Positions 1-8,800 of a stretch of 64,000 bases of DNA are shown piece by piece. The notes beneath the pieces are model-generated. The model was not told the origin of the DNA, ran no database searches, and saw only the letters and a list, made by a program, of their open reading frames with translations. Each line of letters starts with the position of its first letter. Position 1 is the stretch's first letter. This stretch comes from a virus. A program made the translations under genes and the position numbers. The DNA lies in IMG/VR virus record IMGVR_UViG_3300034101_003866, positions 1 to 64,000 of that record, one strand, 5' to 3'.

Positions 1-78
1 TTTATATCGCTAATGATAGTAGAGGTTGCTATCCCGATATTGGTTTGGGTTGTTTACAATTACAGGTAATGGTGAAAT

Positions 79-1275
79 ATGTTTAAGATGGAACTTGGTT
101 TTAATCCGTATGACAAGGCTAACAGCAATACTGGAAAGCGTCATGTTAATTCGTGGAGTAGACTACAGCAGCAGTTTCTAGATTCTTTTAATCTAAATGC
201 TGGTCATATCTTTTGCTACAATGGAGATCCTCGTAGAAAGATTAGTAGTATGAAGCATACTAGTGATCTAAACGAGGTACATGATGCTAATGAGAATAGC
301 AACTCTGATGCTTACTTCTACGTTAACGGTGGGCGAAAGCAGTATGCTATTAATACTATTGCTTGTTGCTTTGTTGATATTGATGCTGGTCGAGACTCTG
401 ACGGAAACTATCTGCCCTCAAAAGAGGTTATGAAGTTTAAGCAGTCCTCTCTTGATAAGATCAATAATTTTCCTGTTAAGCCAAGTTGGGTAGTAGATAC
501 TCGTAACGGTTATCAGATTTATTGGATTATGGATGATCAAAGTCGAACTCTGATTAATCAAACCACATGGAATGGTATTCAGAAGAAACTGGTAAATTAC
601 TTTGGTGGAGATGCACGAGCCATAAAGATCAATCAGATTTATCGAGTTCCTTATACTTGGTGGCGTAAGTGCTGGGAAAAGAAGGCGTCTTACTTTACCA
701 GTATTCTAAATGGCTCAACTGGTCAGAGCGTTAATGTTCAAGATTTAATCTCTGCATTAAATGGTCAACCAGCAACAGTAACTATTGTTCCTAACGCTAC
801 TAGTGATGCTTGGTTTGAACAGTGGAGAAAAACCTATAAGAAGTCTGACGCTAATGGGCTTCCTGTGACGGTTGATGCTGCTGCAAAGATTCTGAACGAA
901 CTTAATAGTCAGAGGGCGACCTATACAAATAGCAGTGCTGATTATTGTGGTCAAAAGAATAGTGTTAGTACCACAGATCAGTGGAAGGCAACTTGGGCGT
1001 CTTATGATCAGACTCCAAATAGTTACAATGAGGATCTTTCAAAGGCTTACAACAGCAAGTTTGAAAAGGCTTATGGTGATCCGTCGCCAGTATTGCCTTC
1101 TCATGCTGGTGACAGTGGTTTAGTTTTGAGTGGGGAGCAGGCCAAACTTTTAAAAACGGTGGTCGAGTACCTCAACCAAGCGTCTACAGCGTTGTATTTC
1201 AGTAACAACCGATTCCTTTCTGGTGCTGCCAGAGACTTGGCAAGCCAGATTAGTGATAAGTTTTGCGTAGGTTAA
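79..1275 (+). CDS. RepB'-like DNA primase (archaeo-eukaryotic primase superfamily) with a long C-terminal extension
   Basis: AEP-type motifs FVDID, VVDTRNGYQIYW and D...INQIYRVP in the N-terminal ~200 aa; C-terminal half not recognised. Confidence 0.65.
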   Translation: MFKMELGFNPYDKANSNTGKRHVNSWSRLQQQFLDSFNLNAGHIFCYNGDPRRKISSMKHTSDLNEVHDANENSNSDAYFYVNGGRKQYAINTIACCFVDIDAGRDSDGNYLPSKEVMKFKQSSLDKINNFPVKPSWVVDTRNGYQIYWIMDDQSRTLINQTTWNGIQKKLVNYFGGDARAIKINQIYRVPYTWWRKCWEKKASYFTSILNGSTGQSVNVQDLISALNGQPATVTIVPNATSDAWFEQWRKTYKKSDANGLPVTVDAAAKILNELNSQRATYTNSSADYCGQKNSVSTTDQWKATWASYDQTPNSYNEDLSKAYNSKFEKAYGDPSPVLPSHAGDSGLVLSGEQAKLLKTVVEYLNQASTALYFSNNRFLSGAARDLASQISDKFCVG

Positions 1276-1281
1276 TTAAAG

Positions 1282-1326
1282 CCGGATCAGTCGGGGGATG
1301 CTTTTGTGTCCCCCGATTGTGTCTGG
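1282..1326 (+). other. GC-rich intergenic RNA stem-loop without a U-tract
   Basis: ccggat-cagtcgggggatgc-tttt-gtgtcccccgattg-t-gtctgg; several G-U pairs; AGGAGG RBS follows. Confidence 0.75.
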
Positions 1327-1343
1327 ACTAGGAGGAATAAATT

Positions 1344-1613
1344 ATGGGAAGACACACAAATAAACTATTACAGCATTTACTAGATAATGAATCTTCTAGA
1401 AAATATTTTATCGAATTAGTTCAAAAAACCAGTAACAATCGGGAAGTGGCTAAATTTCTGGAAGAAGGTTTTGAGAACACAAAATGGTATGTTAGTGGTC
1501 AAACAGTTAATAATATTATGAAACGATTAGGATATGAAGGTAAGCGTGGACGTAAACCAACTCGACCTCATGTAATTGATAATACTGGGCCAAGATGGTC
1601 TGAAAGAGTTTAG
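1344..1613 (+). CDS. small HTH-like DNA-binding protein
   Basis: AGGAGG RBS; NREVAKFL...VSGQTVNNIMKRLGY helix-turn-helix pattern plus basic KRGRKP. Confidence 0.55.
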   Translation: MGRHTNKLLQHLLDNESSRKYFIELVQKTSNNREVAKFLEEGFENTKWYVSGQTVNNIMKRLGYEGKRGRKPTRPHVIDNTGPRWSERV

Positions 1614-1620
1614 TTAAATT

Positions 1621-2034
1621 ATGAATAGTCAAGAATATCCAGAAGATAAAGATCCTTACAAATTCTACTTTCAGATAGATACTGAATGGGTCAAGAAATA
1701 TATGGATAGTCTGCTCAATAAGATAGAATATAAATGGATAACTAAGGAAGTTATAGAGGATGCGTTGAAGAATCTACCTAACTATAATACTCCTTTACTT
1801 CCAGATGGATTTTCTCCGATTTCGTTACCTGTGAATAGTTCGTTCTCCAGTACAGCGGATGATAAAAAGTCCCTGTACTTGGGGAACAACTATTGGAACG
1901 AAGGAATATGGAAAATAAAATACTTTGTCTACAACAAATTACAGAAAGAATATGAATTACATTTACAAAGTCATGCTAGGCATATTGTTAGCCAGCCTAG
2001 ATACTATGAAGGATTATTTGAAATACTTAATTAG
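1621..2034 (+). CDS. hypothetical protein
   Basis: 137-aa ORF in operon order. Confidence 0.6.
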   Translation: MNSQEYPEDKDPYKFYFQIDTEWVKKYMDSLLNKIEYKWITKEVIEDALKNLPNYNTPLLPDGFSPISLPVNSSFSSTADDKKSLYLGNNYWNEGIWKIKYFVYNKLQKEYELHLQSHARHIVSQPRYYEGLFEILN

Positions 2035-2042
2035 GAAGATTT

Positions 2043-2477
2043 ATGAAAGATAACTGGTATGTAATTCACGACATGGATGCGTTTACTAACCACGCCAGAG
2101 TATTAGTTTATAATGCTTTTGGTAGTGGTTTATCGGAAGATAAAGATGATCCAGAAATTGATGATCTAATATCTGTTAAACCAGAAGATAAGGATGAGTT
2201 AGATAAAATATTATCTTTTGAAGAATCTTTGAATATCACAACCCAAATCGTTAAAAAACAGAAAAACAAAAAGACAAATAGTATACGATATGTTGTAAAC
2301 GATATTATATTTTCAGAAGTATTAGAGTCTTTGAACGACAGAATGGTGAGTAATCTGTTGAATAACTTGGTAAATAAGGGAGTTCTTGAAACGGGATTTG
2401 ATAATGAGACTAATGATTTCCTATTTTGGATAAAAGAAAATGATAAAAACAAATCTGAAAAGCCAGAAACCGATTGA
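2043..2477 (+). CDS. hypothetical protein (possible winged-helix C-terminus)
   Basis: AGGA RBS; LNNLVNKGVLE...FLFW resembles a wHTH end. Confidence 0.65.
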   Translation: MKDNWYVIHDMDAFTNHARVLVYNAFGSGLSEDKDDPEIDDLISVKPEDKDELDKILSFEESLNITTQIVKKQKNKKTNSIRYVVNDIIFSEVLESLNDRMVSNLLNNLVNKGVLETGFDNETNDFLFWIKENDKNKSEKPETD

Positions 2478-2850
2478 GACTGATGCCTCTTTTAAATATC
2501 AGTGTCCTTCAGAAGATTGTGATAATGAACATTGGCTATTTATAAGACAGGCTCAGATTAAAAACTTTAAGATAGTCTGTGAGTGTGGTTTGGTTTTCAA
2601 GCCAAAACAGATAAAACATATTAAAATAATTTACGAAAAGCCCAAAAGGAAACGAAAGACCGCAGAAGATATTGTTGATAGTATTCCTGTTGACCTTTTG
2701 AATCAATGTGCTAAAGTTTTGTCTGGCTATGGATTTGATTTGGACGAGTCTAAAGAATTAATTAAGCAATCATATAATTCTTGCAAGACTAATGATATTG
2801 GATCTTTAATTAAAAACGCTTTAAAATCTTTTGGAGAAAAAAATGGCTAA
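2440..2850 (+). CDS. Zn-ribbon protein with RuvA C-terminal (domain III)-like tail
   Basis: CPSEDC/CECG cysteines; C-terminal AKVLSGYGFDLDESKELI...DIGSLIKNALKSF matches the RuvA domain III pattern; overlaps the start of ruvB. Confidence 0.7.
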   Translation: MIKTNLKSQKPIETDASFKYQCPSEDCDNEHWLFIRQAQIKNFKIVCECGLVFKPKQIKHIKIIYEKPKRKRKTAEDIVDSIPVDLLNQCAKVLSGYGFDLDESKELIKQSYNSCKTNDIGSLIKNALKSFGEKNG

Positions 2851-3754
2851 AGGTATTCGACCATCAACTTTTGACGAGATCATTGGACAGGATAATGTTA
2901 AGGAGCGTCTGCGAGTGTCTGTGAGGGGTTGTAAAAACACAGGCACGGTGATGCCTCACGTTTTAATAGACGGCCCTCCTGGCCTTGGAAAGACCACCAT
3001 AGCGAGTGCCATAGCAAACGAGTTGGGGGTGAACCTTTATACCACCAATGCTGCAAATATACGCAGTATAAAAAACATTATTCCATATATCATGGGTATT
3101 GAGCCAAGATCAGTTTTGTTCATTGACGAAATTCATAGATTACCTAAAATTGTAGAAGAATTTCTATATCCAATCATGGAAGATTTTGTGCTCAATATTA
3201 CTGTTAAAAATGATGACGATAAGGATGTGCCAGAAACTATTGATCTACCAATGTTTACTGTTGTTGGTGCTACAACCAGCGGCGGAAGTTTAAGTCAACC
3301 ATTTTATGATCGATTTTGTATTAAAGAGCATCTATCTTTTTACAACACAGATGATCTAGCTAAACTAGCAAGGTCGAATTCGTCTAAACTAGGAATAGTC
3401 ATAGATGATTCAGACCTCTTAGAGATTGCACGACGAAGCAAAGGTACTCCAAGAATTCTAAATGCTAGATTGCAATGGTATAAAAATTATATATCTTGTA
3501 ATCCAGATAAAACTATTTCTGTGGATGAGATATTTAATGTTCAGGGTATTGATAATAATGGTCTTGATGTTTATGATAGACTATATATTGATATTTTGAA
3601 AAAGAGTAAGGGATCACCACTTGGATTGAAAGCAATATCTTCAATGACAGGAATTGCTATTGAAACTATTGAAAATAGTATTGAGCCATTTCTAGTTCGA
3701 CGAGGATATGTGATCAGAACTCAGAAGGGAAGAGTTTTAGGATCTCAACCATGA
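2843..3754 (+). CDS. ruvB: Holliday junction branch migration AAA+ ATPase RuvB
   Basis: RPSTFDEIIGQ, Walker A GPPGLGKTT, Walker B LFIDEIHRL, VGATT, DRF, GTPR, IEPFL...RTQKGR; ATG at 2843 follows a GGAG RBS. Confidence 0.95.
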   Translation: MAKGIRPSTFDEIIGQDNVKERLRVSVRGCKNTGTVMPHVLIDGPPGLGKTTIASAIANELGVNLYTTNAANIRSIKNIIPYIMGIEPRSVLFIDEIHRLPKIVEEFLYPIMEDFVLNITVKNDDDKDVPETIDLPMFTVVGATTSGGSLSQPFYDRFCIKEHLSFYNTDDLAKLARSNSSKLGIVIDDSDLLEIARRSKGTPRILNARLQWYKNYISCNPDKTISVDEIFNVQGIDNNGLDVYDRLYIDILKKSKGSPLGLKAISSMTGIAIETIENSIEPFLVRRGYVIRTQKGRVLGSQP

Positions 3755-3791
3755 TAATTTGATATCAATAAATATATAATGTTAAGATACT

Positions 3792-3818
3792 AAAGGGGCC
3801 TTTTTGGCCCCTTTTTTA
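3792..3818 (+). terminator. Rho-independent terminator (possibly bidirectional)
   Basis: aaaggggcc-ttttt-ggcccc-tttttt just after ruvB. Confidence 0.85.
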
Positions 3819-3828
3819 TTGGTATGGT

Positions 3829-3840
3829 GGTGTAATCTAC
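3829..3840 (+). promoter_or_regulatory. GGTGTA motif, putative phage (late) promoter
   Basis: GGTGTA 25 nt upstream of ATG 3854, right after a terminator; motif recurs before many genes. Confidence 0.55.
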
Positions 3841-3853
3841 CTTAGAGGAATCT

Positions 3854-4165
3854 ATGATAGATACTATATACATATTATTGATTATATTAATACTATTAAA
3901 TATAGTATTTTTCTTTTTGGGATACTCTATTGGTCGATTAAATAGTAGTCAGGCCATTGTTGAGAGTCAGCCAATTTCATTTTTTAATAAAAGCAAATCA
4001 GATAATGATAAAATGATTAACAAAATTACTATTGACGAGAGCAAGTATGTAACAGATATTAAGACATCTGGCATGGAGAAAAAATACGAGAATCTTGGTG
4101 AGACAAAAGTATCTGAAGAAAACATAGAATCTTCAATTAATAAACTTAAGAATATAAAGAGGTAA
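3854..4165 (+). CDS. single-pass membrane protein upstream of actin
   Basis: N-terminal hydrophobic IYILLIILILLNIVFFFLGY followed by a charged cytoplasmic-type tail; GAGGA RBS. Confidence 0.8.
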   Translation: MIDTIYILLIILILLNIVFFFLGYSIGRLNSSQAIVESQPISFFNKSKSDNDKMINKITIDESKYVTDIKTSGMEKKYENLGETKVSEENIESSINKLKNIKR

Positions 4166-4170
4166 TACTT

Positions 4171-5172
4171 ATGGGAAAAGGTTTAGATGTTGGAACTAGT
4201 TATATTGTATTATCTCAAGACTCTGCTAATGGAGTAGTCTATAAGGATTTTAGGGATGCTTTTTATATTATCAAACCAACCACACCAGTTGCAACAAAAA
4301 TGATTGAAAAGGGATTAGCTGGTAAGGTTTTTGTTAAGGATGCTGATGGGTCGTTTTTAATTTTAGGCAAGGATGCTATTGAAAAGGCTATTGAGCGTAA
4401 TGACAACGCAAAGAGGCCAATGAGTAAAGGGGTTGTATCGGCCAAGGAGAAAGATGCAAAGCGTGTGCTGGCTTTTATTTTAAAAGAAGTGGCTGGCAAG
4501 GCATCAGAACAAAATGAAAAACTAGTATTCTGCGTACCCGCTCAACCAGTTGATCAAGAAGATGAAGATTTTGACGTTGGATACCATGAAGATGTAGTCA
4601 AGGCTATTTTGGGTGAATGTGGATATGATGCTAAGGCTATTAATGAGGCGGAAGCTTTGTGCTATGCAGAATTAGGCGACGAAGATTATACTGGGATAGC
4701 AGTATCTTGTGGAGCAGGAATGACTAATGTTTGCGTTATGCTTAATGGGGAGCCCACCGTGGTATTTAGTACAACTAAATCTGGAGACTGGGTTGATAGA
4801 ATGAGTGCCGTGGCAACTGGTGAAAAGGATAGTGTTGTTCAAGCAGAAAAAGAAGGTGGTGGATTTGTTATTGGCGAGCATAATGAAAATCCAGTTTTAT
4901 CAGCAGTATCTTCGTACTATGAAAGACTTATTGATTATACTACAAAACAATTAACATTAGCATTATCTGATCATAAATCTTTACCTAAATTTAAAAATCC
5001 ATTAACAGTTGTTGTTGCTGGTGGAACTTCTCAAGCGAAAGGCTATATTGAAAATTTTACTACAAAATTATCAGAAAATGGTTTTCCTTTACAGGTAAAG
5101 GTAGTCAAGCACGCTTCAGACCCCTTACATGCGGTTTCTAAAGGTTGTTTAATAGCAGCAAAGGTATTATAA
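4171..5172 (+). CDS. actin-fold ATPase (MreB/MamK superfamily, volactin-like)
   Basis: phosphate-1 GLDVGTS, CVPA, INEAEA, phosphate-2 SCGAGMTNV, GDWVD, adenosine VVAGGTS, DPLHAVSKGCL. Confidence 0.9.
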   Translation: MGKGLDVGTSYIVLSQDSANGVVYKDFRDAFYIIKPTTPVATKMIEKGLAGKVFVKDADGSFLILGKDAIEKAIERNDNAKRPMSKGVVSAKEKDAKRVLAFILKEVAGKASEQNEKLVFCVPAQPVDQEDEDFDVGYHEDVVKAILGECGYDAKAINEAEALCYAELGDEDYTGIAVSCGAGMTNVCVMLNGEPTVVFSTTKSGDWVDRMSAVATGEKDSVVQAEKEGGGFVIGEHNENPVLSAVSSYYERLIDYTTKQLTLALSDHKSLPKFKNPLTVVVAGGTSQAKGYIENFTTKLSENGFPLQVKVVKHASDPLHAVSKGCLIAAKVL

Positions 5173-5176
5173 AATT

Positions 5177-5794
5177 ATGTCAGACAATAATCCAAAATTA
5201 ATATCAGACTGTGGTGATTGTAGCGGGCCAGCGAGTCCAACACCAACACGAACATCAACAGCAACTCCACGACCATCATCTACTGTAACAAAAACACCAC
5301 CAGCCACAAGAACTGGTACGCCAGTTAAAACTGCAACACCTACACTTAGCGTAACAAAATCACCAAATCCAACAACAACTCCACAACCAACAATAACTAA
5401 AACTCCTGCAAATACTAAAACTCCAGCCCCAACAAAAACTATTACTGCTACTCCAACTATTACTTTAACAGTAAGTCAGACCGTAAGCAAAACACCAGCA
5501 GCAAGTAAGAGTCCAACTCCAACAAAAACATCAACAAGAACACCAACAATTACTAAAACTGTAACACCAACAGTAACAAAGTCATTATCTGCAACTCCAA
5601 CAGTATCACCAACTCGCACGATAACTGCTACTCCAACAATATCTTTGACTAGAACAGCAACGCCAACTATTACTCCGTCAAAAACTCCATCTCCAAGTTT
5701 AACGCCAAGTATAACACCATCTATATCCGAACCTCCTCAACCAACTCCAAGTTCCAGTTATCCAGCAATTGGAACTATTCTTTATATACCATAA
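5177..5794 (+). CDS. Thr/Pro-rich mucin-like protein
   Basis: almost entirely TPT/xTxT repeats; no signal peptide. Confidence 0.8.
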   Translation: MSDNNPKLISDCGDCSGPASPTPTRTSTATPRPSSTVTKTPPATRTGTPVKTATPTLSVTKSPNPTTTPQPTITKTPANTKTPAPTKTITATPTITLTVSQTVSKTPAASKSPTPTKTSTRTPTITKTVTPTVTKSLSATPTVSPTRTITATPTISLTRTATPTITPSKTPSPSLTPSITPSISEPPQPTPSSSYPAIGTILYIP

Positions 5795-5800
5795 TAAATT

Positions 5801-8800
5801 ATGAGCAATTTTAGTCTTATAGTCGCAGGAAACCAACATATAACATTAGGATGGAATAATCCTGGAAATTTGCAGGCAAGAGAGTCTAGGTACAGAGTAC
5901 AGTATCGAGTGAAAACCAGCGTTACTGCAACATTTAGCGCAAATTGGGTAGACCATGGAACATTATATATAGCTAATACTCCACCATCTAATATTTTATA
6001 TACTGTTAATGGATTAATTAATGGATATTATTATCAATTTAGAGTAGTTGCAGTTAATAACACTAATAATGTTGAAAGAGAGATTTTTACAACAGTAAAT
6101 AACTCTATAGCTGATTGGACACCGTATGATTCTGCTGATGGCGGTGGTCAGGCTGTAAGAAATCTTAATCTATCGTATGTTGGTCAAAGACCTAAATTAA
6201 TATGGACAACTCCAAGCGTCTTAAGAGGAGCACAAGGAGAGTTTGGTAGTATTGGAGGACCAGATAACAGTTATGTTATACAGTATAAACTATCATCACC
6301 TAGTGTATCATGGCCAAAGGATACATCAGGATTGAATCGCCAAGGTTATAAAATAATCGATGCGGTGGTTGATATCGGAATAAACTCTTATTTATTTCCT
6401 GTTGGAGCATTAGTATCTGGTCAAACTTATGATATTAGAGTGAGTAGTCTTAGAACACAACAATATGTTGATAATCCACTGCTAGATAAAAATTTATCAT
6501 ATTTTACAACAAATGATCCTACTGTCGAGCCTCAGGAATTCGCAAATTCTGGTGCGGTAACAATACCGATCACTCGTATTCAGAGACCAATTTGGTCAAA
6601 AGTATTAACCGTAGTGGCAGTAGCACCAACCACTCCAACTCCAACACAAACTCAAAGTTTAACTCCTACAAAGACTAGAATCCCACAGGTTAGTCAAACA
6701 AGAACACCAACAAAAAGTTTAACGCCTACACGAACACCAACAAAACCGCCACTACAAATAACAGCTACTCCAACTTCAAGCAAACCATCTATTCAAACAA
6801 CAGCAACTCCTACTAATACAAAAGTTAATGTTGTGACTCAGACTCCAATAAACCAAACCAGTAATAAAATACTATTTTTACCAGCAAGTATTGGCAAAGA
6901 TAAAACTTGGAATTCAATTGGTCAAAATCTAGAAAAAATAACTTATACTAATGGTAATACTATTATTGGAGTATATAATGGAAAAATATACAAGTCTTTA
7001 GATAATGGATCCACATGGAATTCTTATACTATAAATAGTTCCAATTCTAATAAAGTAGAAAATACATTTACATTTACAGATTATCAAGCTTTATTGGGTA
7101 ATGTTTTAAGATTATCATCTGTTCCTCCTTTTTCATCACTAGACAGATATGCCGATGGAATGTCAGTGAGCGAATTCGATAATCAAGGAGTATTAATTCC
7201 ATATGTATATGATATGGATTTTTCAGATGATGGTCAAATAGTATATGCTATTGCTAGAACAATAATTTATCCAGAATCTACAAAAACACAAAGTGCTATT
7301 CTAAGATTCTCTCCATCCTTTCCTACTAGTATTCTTTATAAAAGCACAGATGGAGGAACAACATGGAAAATACTATCTTTTGAAAAAGATTCTCGTATCA
7401 TACATGGAGCTTGTGTTTGTTCTGGTGATGGACAAAAATTAGCTTTAATGAGTGAAAAATATCTTTATTATTATTCAGATTCATGGGTGGTGTCTCAATT
7501 AGCTGTGTCTGATGATGGAGGTAATACTATGTCTATAGTATTCTCTGATAATGGTCAACAAATTTTAAGAAATATTTCCATAGCTAAAAATAGTAATAAA
7601 GTTCTTTTTGCTGCACTTGTCAATCCTGGAACTGCAAATACTATAACTTCAATTATGCTATATGATTTTGCAAAAAAGACTATTAATATATTAAGTGATA
7701 AGTTTAATAACCGATTTGGAAATTCTCCATTAGGAGCTAGAATACATGTTGAGTCTGAAATTATTAAATTTGGTAAAGAATCTCTTGGTATTGGAGTTAT
7801 TGATATATCTAATGATGGAAATACTATAGCATATATTCAAGACAATGCTGCTGGAGACAGGTATTTAGCTATCAGTACAAACGGGGGAGATTCATTTAAT
7901 TATATCGGACGTTATTTTGTTGGGAATCCATATAGAATAGCTATCAATAATAAAAAAATTATATATTATACAACAGTAATGTTTGATATAGAAGGAATAC
8001 AATCAGAAAATGGTGGAGAAACATGGTCAACAATTGGTAAAATTCCATTAACACCATATGGTACGGCTGGGCTTACTTCATTTATTAAACAATTACGTTT
8101 TATGGATAGTGGAAATAAATTAGTTATAACAGCTTTCAATAACACCGACAATACCGCACAAAGACCTTCAAAAAATTCTACTAGACCTGTTTTTATTAGT
8201 CAGGAAAGTCCATCAACAAATAATCCTCAAATAACGCCAACAAGATCATCGGCATCAACAATAACCAGAACTCCAACTAAAACCAGACCATCAGTAACTC
8301 CAACACCTCTTGGAAAAGCCGTAAGAAATATAGAAATAGTTGGAGGAAACGAGTGCGCTTATGTCACATGGGACGCTCCTGAACAAACAGTTAATCTAAT
8401 TGGATATAGAGTATATTATTTACAGTCTGTAAATAGTTTATCTATTGCAGCCAATGACCCTAGATGGATACCGGCAGCATTTGGATATACATTTCCTATT
8501 AATATGAGGAACACACTAGTAGCAAATCTAGCTAATTCTACAAAACTTTTTATCAAGATTGAAAGCGTATATTCTGATAATATTCATAGTATTGTAATGA
8601 ATAATATTGTTGATAGTCCACAATATAATAAATATACAGATAATTCTCCAAACATAAGTTTGACTCAATCAACACCAAGTTTATCAAATTTATCTTGGAG
8701 CAATCCTATTGATCAAACTATTGGTAATTTAATTTGCACTAGAGAATATTCAGTAATATTTTATAAAGATAATATTTTAGAATATCAATCTGAATATAAT

